Notes under the pieces: generated by a model
The model's database searches: none
What the model was told of the DNA's origin: nothing
Seen by the model: the letters and a program-made list of their open reading frames with translations, nothing else
In this document: positions 52,124 to 64,000 of the stretch, piece by piece
Position numbering within the stretch: the first letter of the stretch is position 1
How the letters are laid out: each line of letters begins with the position of its first letter
DNA from: Octopus vulgaris
Lineage: Eukaryota
Reading direction: 5' to 3'
Length of the DNA stretch: 64,000 bases
NCBI GenBank assembly: GCA_951406725.2
Contig: OX597827.1
Coordinates: 37,820,001 to 37,884,000, forward strand
Translations under genes and position numbers: made by a program

Positions 52124-55100
52124 TGTTTAATCAGATGAATTTACAGCTGGGATTTTACTATTACCCCACCTCCACCCCACACCCTTTCAAAAATGGAGGA
52201 TTGAGAAGAGGAAGAAGAAACTACCAAAACACTTATTGTCAGCTAAAATAACAAACATTTTATTGTTTGTTTATTGTGTTCCACCCCCTTGGCTTCAGTA
52301 TGTGGAAAGTCTCATTTCTACCTTTATCATCACCACTATGTGCTGGCCTCCTAAACAGCACAATTTAAACAAGCGTTAAGTTCTCCATGAACCAACACAA
52401 TTCTAGACCTATTAGTTTTTTTTTTATTATTTCCAGTCCCCCTCCACCTCCAAACTAGTTAAAATTCTTTAAATCAAACCTAAACTTATTCCTCATACTT
52501 CTGTTTTTTTAATCTTCTATGTTATTTTTTTAACCACCTTTTTTTTTTCCAATTTAAATCTAAAATTAATTAGTTATTTTGTTTATTTATTCATTAAAAA
52601 AGTTTTTGCAGTTACCCAAACAAGCCTTTAATCGTAGTTATTTTGTCACTATTGATAAATTAACAAGACTGCTAGTTTTTTGGTTTTTACTTTTTTTTTT
52701 CTGTCATACAAATCTTTTAAATTCACAACTATACTTATGTCCCATTAACAGTGCAGTGGGTTTTTTTTATATATATACACACATTTTTAAAACAACTATT
52801 CATTTTCTTTAAATTTACCTCAAGTATAGATGTGGAAATCAATTTATTTGTGGGACAATGAAGAAAAGCATTAAAAAAATAAAATGAGAAAAAAGCCAAA
52901 TGTCTTATTGTTCTTCTGTAGATGCATTAAATGTTAATTATAATTTATAGAATTTGACAGTGTAAGAAACATTGCTGCCTTTTTTTTTTTTTTAAGCAAT
53001 TACATTTATAAATACTTTTATCCTAGAAGACTCCAACCATTATGGCTTTCTTCTGCATACATCAAACCAATATCCCTATGCAGCCAAAACACTATTTAAT
53101 ATGTTGGTTTTGTGTGTGATTTTCATGCAAACAAAAATAGTTTTGCATTAGGCAACTTTTCTTAATAACTTCTATACAGATTTGTACAAAAATATCCCTT
53201 TTGATTTCATTTTCAGATCATACAATGTACACATTTTATAGAAACTGAATTCTTTAATGTCATTCTTGATGCAACAGACCCCCACTTTATTACAGGATTA
53301 AAATACTATTAAGTCAAATTACACAAAACAATTAAACATTTAGAAAAAGTTACACATTTGTTTCTAAAAGTGTAGTGTAACTGAAATTGCCCTAATAAGA
53401 AATTCTAAATTAGAAATTTCCTTAAGATTAACACCTTCACCTCTAGATGAACAGGATGCTGAAGGCTGGTAGTAAATGGATATGAAAAATTTAGAACAAG
53501 CATGTGTTTTTTACCAAGAACTAGCAACATAAGTAATCTTGGTTTGTGGAGAACTTCAACTGTTGCACTAATTACAACAATAATGATGCTTTATTAATTG
53601 TTTATTTTAATAAATACAGAATTTTTTTAACAAATGAGAACAAAGAAAATATCACAGTGAGTGGGAATGCAGTGGTTTTGGTTGTTTTTTTTTCAGAAAT
53701 TTTTCAATTCAAGATATCTGTAAATAGAAATAATCTATTTATTAAACTAATTTTAACTTTATTCTTGCTGAATTTAAACATTCTTGTGGAATGGACAAAT
53801 CTCATTTCAGAATTATTTTAATTCCACCATTTTATTTTTTATTTTTATGTCTTGCATCCTTCTTATATCCAACTAATAATGGCCTTGTCTAGCTGAAAAT
53901 TATTATACAAATAGATTAAAGACTGCAGCCGACTAGGGTGGTGGTAGTGGCAGGTTACTGATCTGAACTCTCAATCAAGTGGAAACAGTTGATTTATTCA
54001 TGTTGTGGGTTGGACACTTGTAACAATGCATTCATTTGCAAACATTACAAGAAAATTATTGTAATATTTCTGAGATTATCCTTTTAACACTTTTTCTTTT
54101 TTTACATTGGTTTGCCTGATTAAAAATAATTTTTGAGGGTGGGAGGTATTTAAATATATAACACCATGTTTGTGTCACTGCCAGCTTCATATTGCTGTTA
54201 CTAGTTTTTCTTTTTCATTTTGTAATAAATCTTGATGACTATTGTCACGTTTTCCATGTGAGGGACAGCATCCTATTATCAAGCAAACATCTTGGGATAA
54301 AGAAAATGTATATGAACAGTTATGCATACTGATAGTACATCCTTGCTTCCCTGCTCTTAATATATACATAAATGGAGATAGGGATGAAACCTAACCATTC
54401 GGTTTGCCAACTTATGCATTGCTGCTCAGCACCAGGTCTGGCTCTTGTGATACTATTTTATCTCAGACAACTACTGAATGATAGACTGTAAATGTTTTAG
54501 CATACTGTATTACTGAGATATAGCCTAGAACTTTTTCCTCTTGCCACTTGTAATAGCTGCTTGTTTTCATCATTTTGTTGCAGAATACATGAAACAATTC
54601 TCATGTAAAATACAAAAAATTCTACCTTGAGATAGCAACTATAGAAAATGTTACAAAGATGATAATGTCGAGTAATTTTTCTTTCCCCAACCCCTTTTTT
54701 TTTTAATAAGGTGTTTGTGTTTGCTCCTCTGCCCCCAACTAGATGTGCACCTTCTTTGTTTTCAAAAAGATAAATGAAAGCACAAGGTGTGTTGGCTGTT
54801 CAGCTTTCCAAGAACTGAAACAAATGGAGTGCAACTGCCTGTTTTTTTGCCTAGAGAGCAGAGAGATAATGAAATAGCAACAGTCCAGTAAATCAGCTAT
54901 TGGAAATTTTTGCTGAAGTGGTAGTTGAGGGATTGAAATTGCCTTCTCCAAACCAACATGAGGAGACAAGTGTTCTGATGTTCATATAATAGGTATGTCA
55001 TAAGGCTAGTAAAGTAAAACGAATGATTCTATCCAAAAATGAAGTCTTGGTCAGGTCTTAAATCTAGGCTTAACTACTTTCCATCAGTGTACCACTTTTA

Positions 55101-57017
55101 CTTAATAAAGAAGTAATGTTAAATTTTAAATCTTCACAAACTGAGATATACTTACTTTCTAATGTGCATTATCTCAATGTAACTGAAGCCAAGGAACAAG
55201 GTAACTAACACTCCAGCTTGGCTGGCATATCTGTAATAAAAGAATTCATTATTTTTTTTCCTCATGTGATCCAAAGCGTGTTGGTTTATTTTATTTATAT
55301 CAAATTTCAAATAGTCTGTACTATGCATTATCTGCTTACACTTAATAATTTGTACTATGCATTATCTACTTACTTTCAATGTCTATTTGTTTTCTTAGAA
55401 TTTGGGTGCAAATTATTTCCCTTCTGACTTGTTTCAATAAAAAAAAAAAATTCAGACCTTGCTCAATTTTCATAAAAGCCTGGAAGTCTCTTGTTATGGC
55501 TTACAATAAACAGAACGTTGGTTACTTGATTTTTTTTTTTTTATCTCTCTTTCCACTTTCCTTGGATTATATGCAGCAACAGTAAATGTTCACAATAGGA
55601 AATACCTAGAGAAGGATGATTTCTCTACAAGGATTCCATTGAATAGCTCTGAAAATTATCACTATCAACAACATAAAATCAACCAGTTTCATAGTACTCT
55701 TTAATTCACTCAGTACCACCAATTGTCTTCCTTGCTGCAGTTCTGTTGAAGGCAAAGATAATGCTTATATATGATTGATTGATTCTAGTTTCAGCTCACA
55801 AGCTGTGGCCATGCTGGGACACCGCCATATGTTTAGTATTGAAAACAAATTCCAAAACTTTGTGACAAATATGATACAGGAGAACCACAATGAGTGGGAA
55901 AAGATCAAACTCATTCTTGCCTGATGAAATTTTGCTTACATAAGACATTATCAGGCCTGCAGCCTAGTGTTTAATGTAGGTTTCTAAGTCTGGTACTTGT
56001 TCTATTGGCCTTTTTTGCAGGACAGCTAAGTTGCAGATATTAACAAATCGGTACCAGTTGTCAAGAAGTGGACAAACACAAAGCCATATATACACACACA
56101 CACACACACACATAACATACAATTAGTGTCTACATAGTTTCCATCTATCAAATTCAATCACAAAGTTGCAAAGCAAACTTCTTAATCACAACCATTGTTT
56201 CTTCAACATTTGAAGCCTTCAGGAAATGATTTATATGGTTTGAAAATGTGCACACATTTTCAAAATTAATTATTAGTGGAATACTTATAAAACAATTTCT
56301 GAAATTACTTACTATACTGTATTCCCATAAACTGAAAGCATGAACAACTGAATTGTTGGTACTTCACAGTATCCCATAAACAGACCACAAATTACTAAAC
56401 TGATAGTAGCGGTCAACAACTAGTGGTGCAATATGACACTGTTGAGTCTAACCACAATATTTCTAAAATTAGGTCAAACTCAAAAATCCCCCAAAATTGG
56501 TGATGGTGTGCATCAATTTACTTCCCTACATCAACTCTTTCTCTCTCTGTCAGACAAAGAATAAGGGTTTGAAACATCACAATTCTTCATTCCTCAAGGT
56601 AACTTATAGATACCATTCCTTACAGTTTGCTAGCAGTCCTGAGTTCAATATTTATTGTGGGTAAAGCCTGCAGACAGATGGTTTCTTTCAAATTGATTTT
56701 TCTTTCCTATAGATACACCACATGAAGATCAGAGATGTGGGGTTCATTAGTTTCATATTTAATACAATATAAAGATTCTAACATTTTTTACTAGAGGGAG
56801 CCAAAATAGTTGCAGTTTCGATGATAGGAAAAAAACTGACAAACCTATTACAACTGAGCAGATTGAGAATATCTGGCAGGTGATTGAAACTATGAACTAT
56901 TCACTCAGTGTTCTGCTAGCCTACCATGCAGTTACTCTACTCCAGAAGTAGGAAGGACAAAGTTGACTTCAGCTAGATTTAAATAAATCTAATGCAATAC
57001 TCTGTTGTTGTTTTCAA

Positions 57018-57214
57018 CCCTTTAGCAGCCAAATTGGCTATATCAGCGAAGTATCCTACCTGTTTTATGTTCAAACTGGCTTCTTACACCAACCCTACAA
57101 TATCATTCTAAAAATTAACAGCTACCTCAGCAAAATAGAAGATAATGCATAATTAATTCAAAATAGTGTGAATAAATAAGCAGTACATTTGACAGTAATC
57201 TGAATGCTAAAGAG
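57018..57214. mobile_element. Second copy of the TTAA MITE
   Basis: TCAA|CCCTTTAGCA...AATGCTAAAGAG|TTAA, with internal homology to 12530-12749. Confidence 0.8.
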
Positions 57215-59789
57215 TTAAATGACTTGAGAAAAGGCATTAACCATGATCCTTTTACAGGATTGCTCAGAGTAGACACCTTGTCTGAATGTTTGCAACAGAA
57301 TGAATTTCATTAAAGGCATCCAAGAGCCTGTAGATAGTATTAAAGTGGGTAACATATTTGTTAACTACAATGCAGTGTTTTCCCAAGTGTCCCACCAGCT
57401 AGATATGGATGTGTGAAATATATATTTGTTATATTCATTTACCAAGGACTCTGCAAGTGAACTGATACCACTCCAGCAATAATTCAAACTCTACACTGTC
57501 CACAAAAATACATTCTAGAAGAGATAGTTAAAATATTGAACTTACATTAATGATGCTCCTAAATACAAGAGACTATTTCCCAAAAACAATGTTGATTCAA
57601 TACTAAGTAAACTGGCACAAGTTGGGAATCCTGGAGATGTTTTAGTGGCAGTTTTACTGGAAGGGTCTGAAATCAACAAAAAATATGTAAAAGGAATATT
57701 TTTAAAAAGCATCCTAAATAAATACAGTATTAAAGTGAGAGCGACGTCTCAGAGAGCCATCCCTGTTGCACAATGGAAATCTTCATGCTCATGTCCTTGA
57801 AAAACATGAACACTACAAAATCTCATATTCCTTTAACCTTATAAATCAGAGCAGTACTATAATAGAACCATGATGAATTGAACATAATAATACTGTGGGT
57901 AAGGAAATAAGGTGTGCAGAACAATACAGTAATTGAGTAAAAGTACATTACGGGAGCAAGACCTGAATTAATGAACGTAGAGAAGGCTGAAAAAAAGTGA
58001 GAATGGTTTGGTGAGAGAGAAGGGAAAGCAAACGATGACTTAGAAAAATAAAAGAGGACTAGTAGTGGATGCGAAAAGAAATGAGATGGCAAGGTCATGT
58101 ATTGAAAAAGGACAAAAGTGAATGAGTGAGAGAAATGATGAAAATGAATGAGGAAGGGTGAGAAGAGTGACAAAGTAAAAGATGGAGGAGACGAGAGTAA
58201 GGTAGGTTGTAAAGGATATGGTAAAATAGAGAAGACTGCTTTAGCAGAGAAATGGCTTTAAATTACTGTGGTACAGTAAATTAAGTATACTGAATGTTGT
58301 TATACCATGTGAAATTGAACAGAACATTATAATATGGACACCAGAAAAGTAAGCTGCAGATTACAGGAAGACAGTGCAGTGATTGAAACTGTAGTCTGCT
58401 GATTTAGAGTGTCATGTAAAATCCTGTTGGAATTCACTTTTCATCCCTCTGAGGTCAATAGGAATAAGAAGTAACAGTGATATAAGAATGGATCTTAGTC
58501 AGAACTTCAGGCCAGTAGAATTCAGTTATTTGATAAACTGAAGCTTAGTGTGTAAGTGGCTTAATATTCCAGACAGAAACAGCACTAGGTTGGGCAGATG
58601 CCATCCATCTGATGAGCTGCCATGCAGTTTCCATTTCCTCAGTTTTACTCATAATACATGGGTCAATGAGAGGTTAAAGTAAAAAGACACCTGTTCAAGA
58701 TGCCATGCACTGAGATTGAACCTAGTATTTTATTACTAAGAAATGAACTTCCTAAACTATTCAGCTATACTGCTTCTAAACCAGTTATATACTGGAGTAA
58801 ATCCAATCAACTGTTTCTAAATAAAATATTGATCGGCAACAGAAATTAATATTTTAAGCAGGATCATAGACACACTCTAGCTTCTGACCCACTGGTATGC
58901 TGTCTCTGCTCTGTTTTTTCCATTGCACCAATAGTGGCCTCTGTTCCCAGAGCTGGTTGGTTTCATACCACCACCAATCAGACACTCCTAACCCGCTAAT
59001 CTCTCCACTTCTTATCATCCTTGCCCCAGCACTATAATAAGCACTACCCCCAGTCCTTCCTCCCCATAACATCATTTCTCTGGAACCTTCTCATTGCTCA
59101 TGTTTGTCCTGCTGCTGCTGTTGACCTGAAACAGTTTAAACAGAAAATTTACAGTATCAAGCTTATCAGTCTCAGAGGGCCTGCAAAGGCCATGGAGCAT
59201 GCCCTCTTCCTCCAAATTTACTAATTAAAAGAAATAGAAGCAATGTTTCATGTCTCGTTGTCTTCTATTTTAACTGAAACCAGTAAATTATTAAATGCAT
59301 CAATTTAATCATCTAACCTAAAGAAGACTGTCTTGCTGTTACATTAACCCTCTCTTATATGACAAGTGTAAGTTTTTAGAAAAGATATAGTTTTCTTACC
59401 TTTCAAAATATGAGATATTTCCAAAGACTTAATTCCATGGTGAATATGACAGACTCCAATCAAGATGAAGAAATATCCAGTAAGAAGAAACATATTTGAC
59501 TGAAGAAAACTCCAGTGAGGTTGGTCAGCAATCAATTTCAAGAACCTAACAATTAGAAGAAATAATAATGAATATGACTGAAGCTTTCAGTACTCACAAG
59601 AAATAATAAATGGCATTCATCTTTGGAGTTAGAAAATATTACAACTCCCAACAGTTGTTAACTCACAACAAGGATCAAGTGAGACACTCAATGGAATATT
59701 ATTGCCCCATCTAGAGCTAAACATGAGTGCCCTAGACCATATAAAAAGATAGACTAGTAGACTGATTGCTATAAAATTACTAACTTATA

Positions 59790-60100
59790 AGTGCAGGCAT
59801 GACTGTGTGGTAAGAAGCTTGCTTCCAAACCACATGGTTCAAGGTTCAGTCCCACTGCATGGAACTTTGGGCAAGTGTCTTCTACTATAGACTCAGGCTA
59901 ACCAAAGCTTTGTTAGTGAATTTGGTAGAAGGAAATTGAAAGAGGTTCATCATATATATGCATATATATATACGTCTGTGTGTGTGTGTCTTTGTATCTG
60001 TCTGTCCCCCACAACTGACAATTGGTGGTGGTGTATTTATGTCCCTGTAACTTAGCAGTTCGCCGAAAGAGAACAATAGAATAAGTGCCAGGTTTTTAAA
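59790..60100 (+). mobile_element. tRNA-derived SINE with a complete head
   Basis: GTGCAGGCATGACTGTGTGGTAAGAAGCTTGCTTCC...GGTTCAGTCCCAC. Confidence 0.8.
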
Positions 60101-60747
60101 AAAAGTGGTGCTGCTAATATTAAACAGACCTCATGAAACATGTGTAGAAGAGAAATTTGGAACTTATATAGTAAGTATTAAAATAAAATTCTATGATATG
60201 GTGTGATGTATATTAGGATTTGATGAATTGCATGGGGACTTCTATCTCTAAATAACATATATATATATGTGAGTATGATAATTGCTTCAGTCTTAATAGT
60301 TTCACTATATATATATTATATACATAGTGAAACTATTAAAACTGTAAATATTATCTCATTACAATAGAGATGTTATTCTTTCATTTTTAACACATAATAC
60401 TGAAATAGTCTAAGGGATAAGAAATTGCTCCAGGCTCGCATCAGGCAAGAAGTTGAAAATTGTTTTGGTTCATAACACTGCATAGACCCTAAATAAGGCA
60501 TGCGTAAAATTTAAATGAAATCAGTTGTGTAACTCAAGAGTTTTAGTGATGCACAGACAGAGTCTCAGTTTTATACATATAGATTATGTTTGCATAGCAA
60601 AGTACCACATACCTACAAATCATTAATGTTTACATACCAGCCCCTAGGAATGCATCTAATATGTAAATTGGTATACCCAATAACTTAACTCTGCTGTTTG
60701 CGATGGCTATATAAGCAATGTGTTCAGAGACAATAGTGTGTTGGATA

Positions 60748-60793
60748 AGTGCTGAAGAAGAGTAACAACTCCCTGAAATACAGTATATACACT
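60748..60793 (+). ncRNA. Type I hammerhead ribozyme motif in a pLTR-like segment (~60580-60870)
   Basis: AGTG-CTGAAGA-AGAGT(aaca)ACTccCT-GAAA-TA(cagta)TA-TA-CACT: core intact, 4-bp stem I, bulged stem II. Confidence 0.6.
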
Positions 60794-63769
60794 CGTTACC
60801 CATTTTTGTCTTTGATCACATTGTTTGTTTACATCTGATGTCTCGATACGAAATGTAGTAAAAGCAGTGTTGGCTATAGATACAATAGAATATCTGTAGA
60901 AATAACCTTAACAAAATATTACCATATTTTTTTAGCAGCCACACAATCACATTCTCTCAAAACAACCTTTAATACATTAACATCTTACTAGCACTCAACT
61001 TATTTCATAAGAGAATTTTGTAAAAAAAGCTTAAGTTACCCAACAAACGATGGTACAAGAAGTACAGCTGTGGCCAATGCATAAATCAGATCACCTTGAT
61101 GGCTATTTTTCAATTTTTTCTTCAAAAATATTGTACACACCTAAAAAAAAAAATATAATATCTGTAAATTTTTCATCATTATCATTCATTTAAGTCCATT
61201 TTCTCAAAAACACCTACAAGGTTTCCATATATTATTTATGAGGACTTATTTTATAGTTTAATTTTAACTCCTGAGAACTATATAGTTGCATGATCTGCTA
61301 GAAATAGTAGCCAAATGTCATTCAAATCATATCCTACTGTCTTTAAAAACAAACTGAATAATCACAGCAAGTCTGCTCTGTTAAGACTGACCTGAAGCTG
61401 AACAACAATAACATACTTTTAAATTCTAGAGCACATTCTTTGATCCTTCATCTACCTAAGCTTCTCCAGAATTAACTTTCATCTTTCTTTTGTAATTATC
61501 TCATACAAGATTTTTCAAAATTTTTTCCAATTTCCATGTAGCTCCTCTTGCAATGCAATGTTATCAGTTGTACCATTTCATCTCCCATTACACTGTTGGA
61601 AAAACTATTTAAAGTATTGTTGTGATAGGTAAACATGTTCCTTGGTTTGTTGTAGCTATCACAGCTAAGGCTGTACTGAAGCACTGTCTTTAAAATATGG
61701 CTATTTATTGTATTTTATTAACACTCATTTATTTTATAACAATCATAATAATCACACATTTTTCAGGAGCAAAACAGTTCCTTACTTCAAATATGTTAAC
61801 ACAAACCTAACTAACTAAATAACTTTCTGGCAAGCTACTGGCCTATTTCTCTTAGCTCATCTTTTCAATTATGCAAGTTAATTATTACCAAAAATCTTCA
61901 GAATTCTTCCAAAATGTATGCATGAATCAGATGATCACAACTGTCTTGAGTAAATTATACTATGCTAAAGAGGTCCAATAACACTGAAACATGTCTTCCC
62001 CTGGCTTATTTGAGTTATTATTTCTCTTAGCTCATTTTATTTTCTGTTTTTCTTTGATATATTTCTGGTGTGTCAAGGCTAAAGAAACAACTGAATAATT
62101 CAAGACTATGCCTCTAGTATAAGTTCCAACTGCTATTTTTTATACCAAGAGTTAAACCTTGTTGTTATTTGGTCTATATATCACTTCAGTGTAACATTCT
62201 ACAAAACACAAATACAACCTACACTGGAGAAGTGCTCACGTATCACGAACAGAGCTGATGCTACACACACACAAACATCCTCAAATGCATACAAAATAAA
62301 AACCTGGTTAATTGACAAAGACTCCCATACCAATCTGGTATAACCATAAACCACATACTATTAACACGCATCATCAACATCATCATCATTTTAACATCCA
62401 CTTTTCCATGCTTGCATAGGTCTGATGGAATTTGTCAAGACAAATTTTCTATGACTCGATGCCTTTCCTGTTGCCAACCCTCACTTGTTTCCAGAAAGTG
62501 ATATTTCCTATGGTCAGATATATTTTTCACAGAGAAGTAGAGAGATGAATAACACCACTTGCTTTCTGAACTATCATCTATCTATTTTCAAGTAGTCATC
62601 TCAATTTTGTTTCTCCGTTATTAAACAATAATCCCAGTACTCCCTTCCTAATATTGCAGACCCTGAAACTCACTCCCTACCAACATCTTCCCAGCTCACA
62701 GGTGAAGCTGAACATCAAAAGTACCCTTGTCAGAGAACCTGTAGAGATCAAAGAAACTCATCTGTTTTCCTCTAACTAAATAGTAAATAAAACCCACTTC
62801 AAATGACAGTGAGCAGTAACAATGAAACTCCTGGTAAATTGCATTATTATAAGTAAATGGCTTTCCATCAGTTTCAACAATGAAGATTCAGTTGTTCAAT
62901 CAAGTGGACAACCTGCTTATTGAATTAGCATGAAAGTGGATGAGTATTCCACAGGCACATGTACCATTAACATAATTCTCAGCATGACTGTACAGATACA
63001 GTCCATTCAACAGGCTTTCACATAGCTTCTGTCAACCCTATTGAACTCACAAGGCTTGAATCAATTCAAGACAATGGTAAAAGACACTTAAGGTGTTGTA
63101 TAGTGGGATTGAACCCAGCATTTCATCATTATGAAGCAAACTTCTCGACTATTCAGTTATGCTCTCTCCACATACTACATATAAAGTAATATCAATAAAC
63201 TGAACTCCAGTGGACTTGAAAGATACATTTTTCATCTTGTACGTTTGTGGAAGTGGAAGTTTTCAGAGAAATTTCAGTTTCCTTTCCTACCTTCTCTGTG
63301 TCATTCCAATTTTATTCAGAAAAGATGATCCCAGTCACAAACAATTATGTATAAACCTACTTTTATTTCTGAGAGAATATCACATAATTTTAAACTAATA
63401 TTACAAAAGGAAAATAACTTGAAATAGAATGATCAAGCATAAAAAGAAATTCAGAAATTGGTTAGTATATAAAAGTGTGTGTTATTTAATCTTAAAAGTC
63501 AAACAAGAGAGATTATAATATTTGGATTAAAACATACCATCAGCCACAAAGGAAGAATAACTAAGATGATGCATAACAGTATCCAAAGCTTGGTATCAGA
63601 CCACCTAATCTGAGAGTCAGGGAAGAAGAAATCAGGAAATAATTCCACCTAAAATAAAATTTTTAAATCATGAATTAAAAGAAATTTTTTTAAATTACTT
63701 TTCTCTGAAAATACTGATATAATTTTTACACATTGTGTGTGTGTGTATGTGTGTGTTTCTGTAATTCAT

Positions 63770-63990
63770 CATTGTCAAGATCCTTTAACTGATGCAGCCA
63801 GTTGTTGGAGTGTCACTCTAGACACTTTCATAGTCAGCCATTGCCACTGGTCTCTGTTCTGTCATGCATAACAGGTTCACAGTGCTGTGAACAGTCCAGT
63901 CCCTTGATGGTGCCAAACCAGAATTTTCTCAGCCTGCTTCTCTTTCGCTTTCCCTCAAGTTGTAGCAGGATACATGACCATGATAGGTAA
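63770..63990 (-). mobile_element. RTE-like LINE 3' coding remnant
   Basis: Minus strand YHGHV..LEGKRKRSRLRKFW resembles the RTE motif EG.R.RGRP...W. Confidence 0.55.
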
Positions 63991-64000
63991 GCTTCTATCT

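Overview
AT-rich, repeat-dense eukaryotic DNA. The SINE, RTE and microsatellite content suggests a coleoid cephalopod, probably Octopus (inference). Two spliced + strand housekeeping genes can be rebuilt from the sequence: MRPL43 (CDS 7970-8100, 15140-15246, 20234-20532; 178 aa) and ELOC/Elongin C (CDS 36751-36922, 49718-49766, 51982-52123; 120 aa), the latter with a probable non-coding first exon ending at 23683. Most other recognisable sequence is decayed mobile elements: a nearly full-length L1/Tx1-clade LINE, two maT (DD37D/E) and three classical mariner copies, a pogo-type element, RTE and CR1 3' ends, tRNA-derived SINEs and TTAA MITEs. The most interesting signals are three type I hammerhead-ribozyme motifs of the minimal Penelope-associated kind. 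One is in sense orientation in MRPL43 intron 1 (10421-10470), one pair sits in the arms of a ~370 bp palindrome in ELOC intron 1 (31329-31700), and one is in a pLTR-like segment (60748-60793). Also notable are the Tx1 3' junction inside a SINE head and a candidate convergent spliced minus-strand transcript downstream of ELOC. All calls were made by eye, without database searches; repeat boundaries are approximate.
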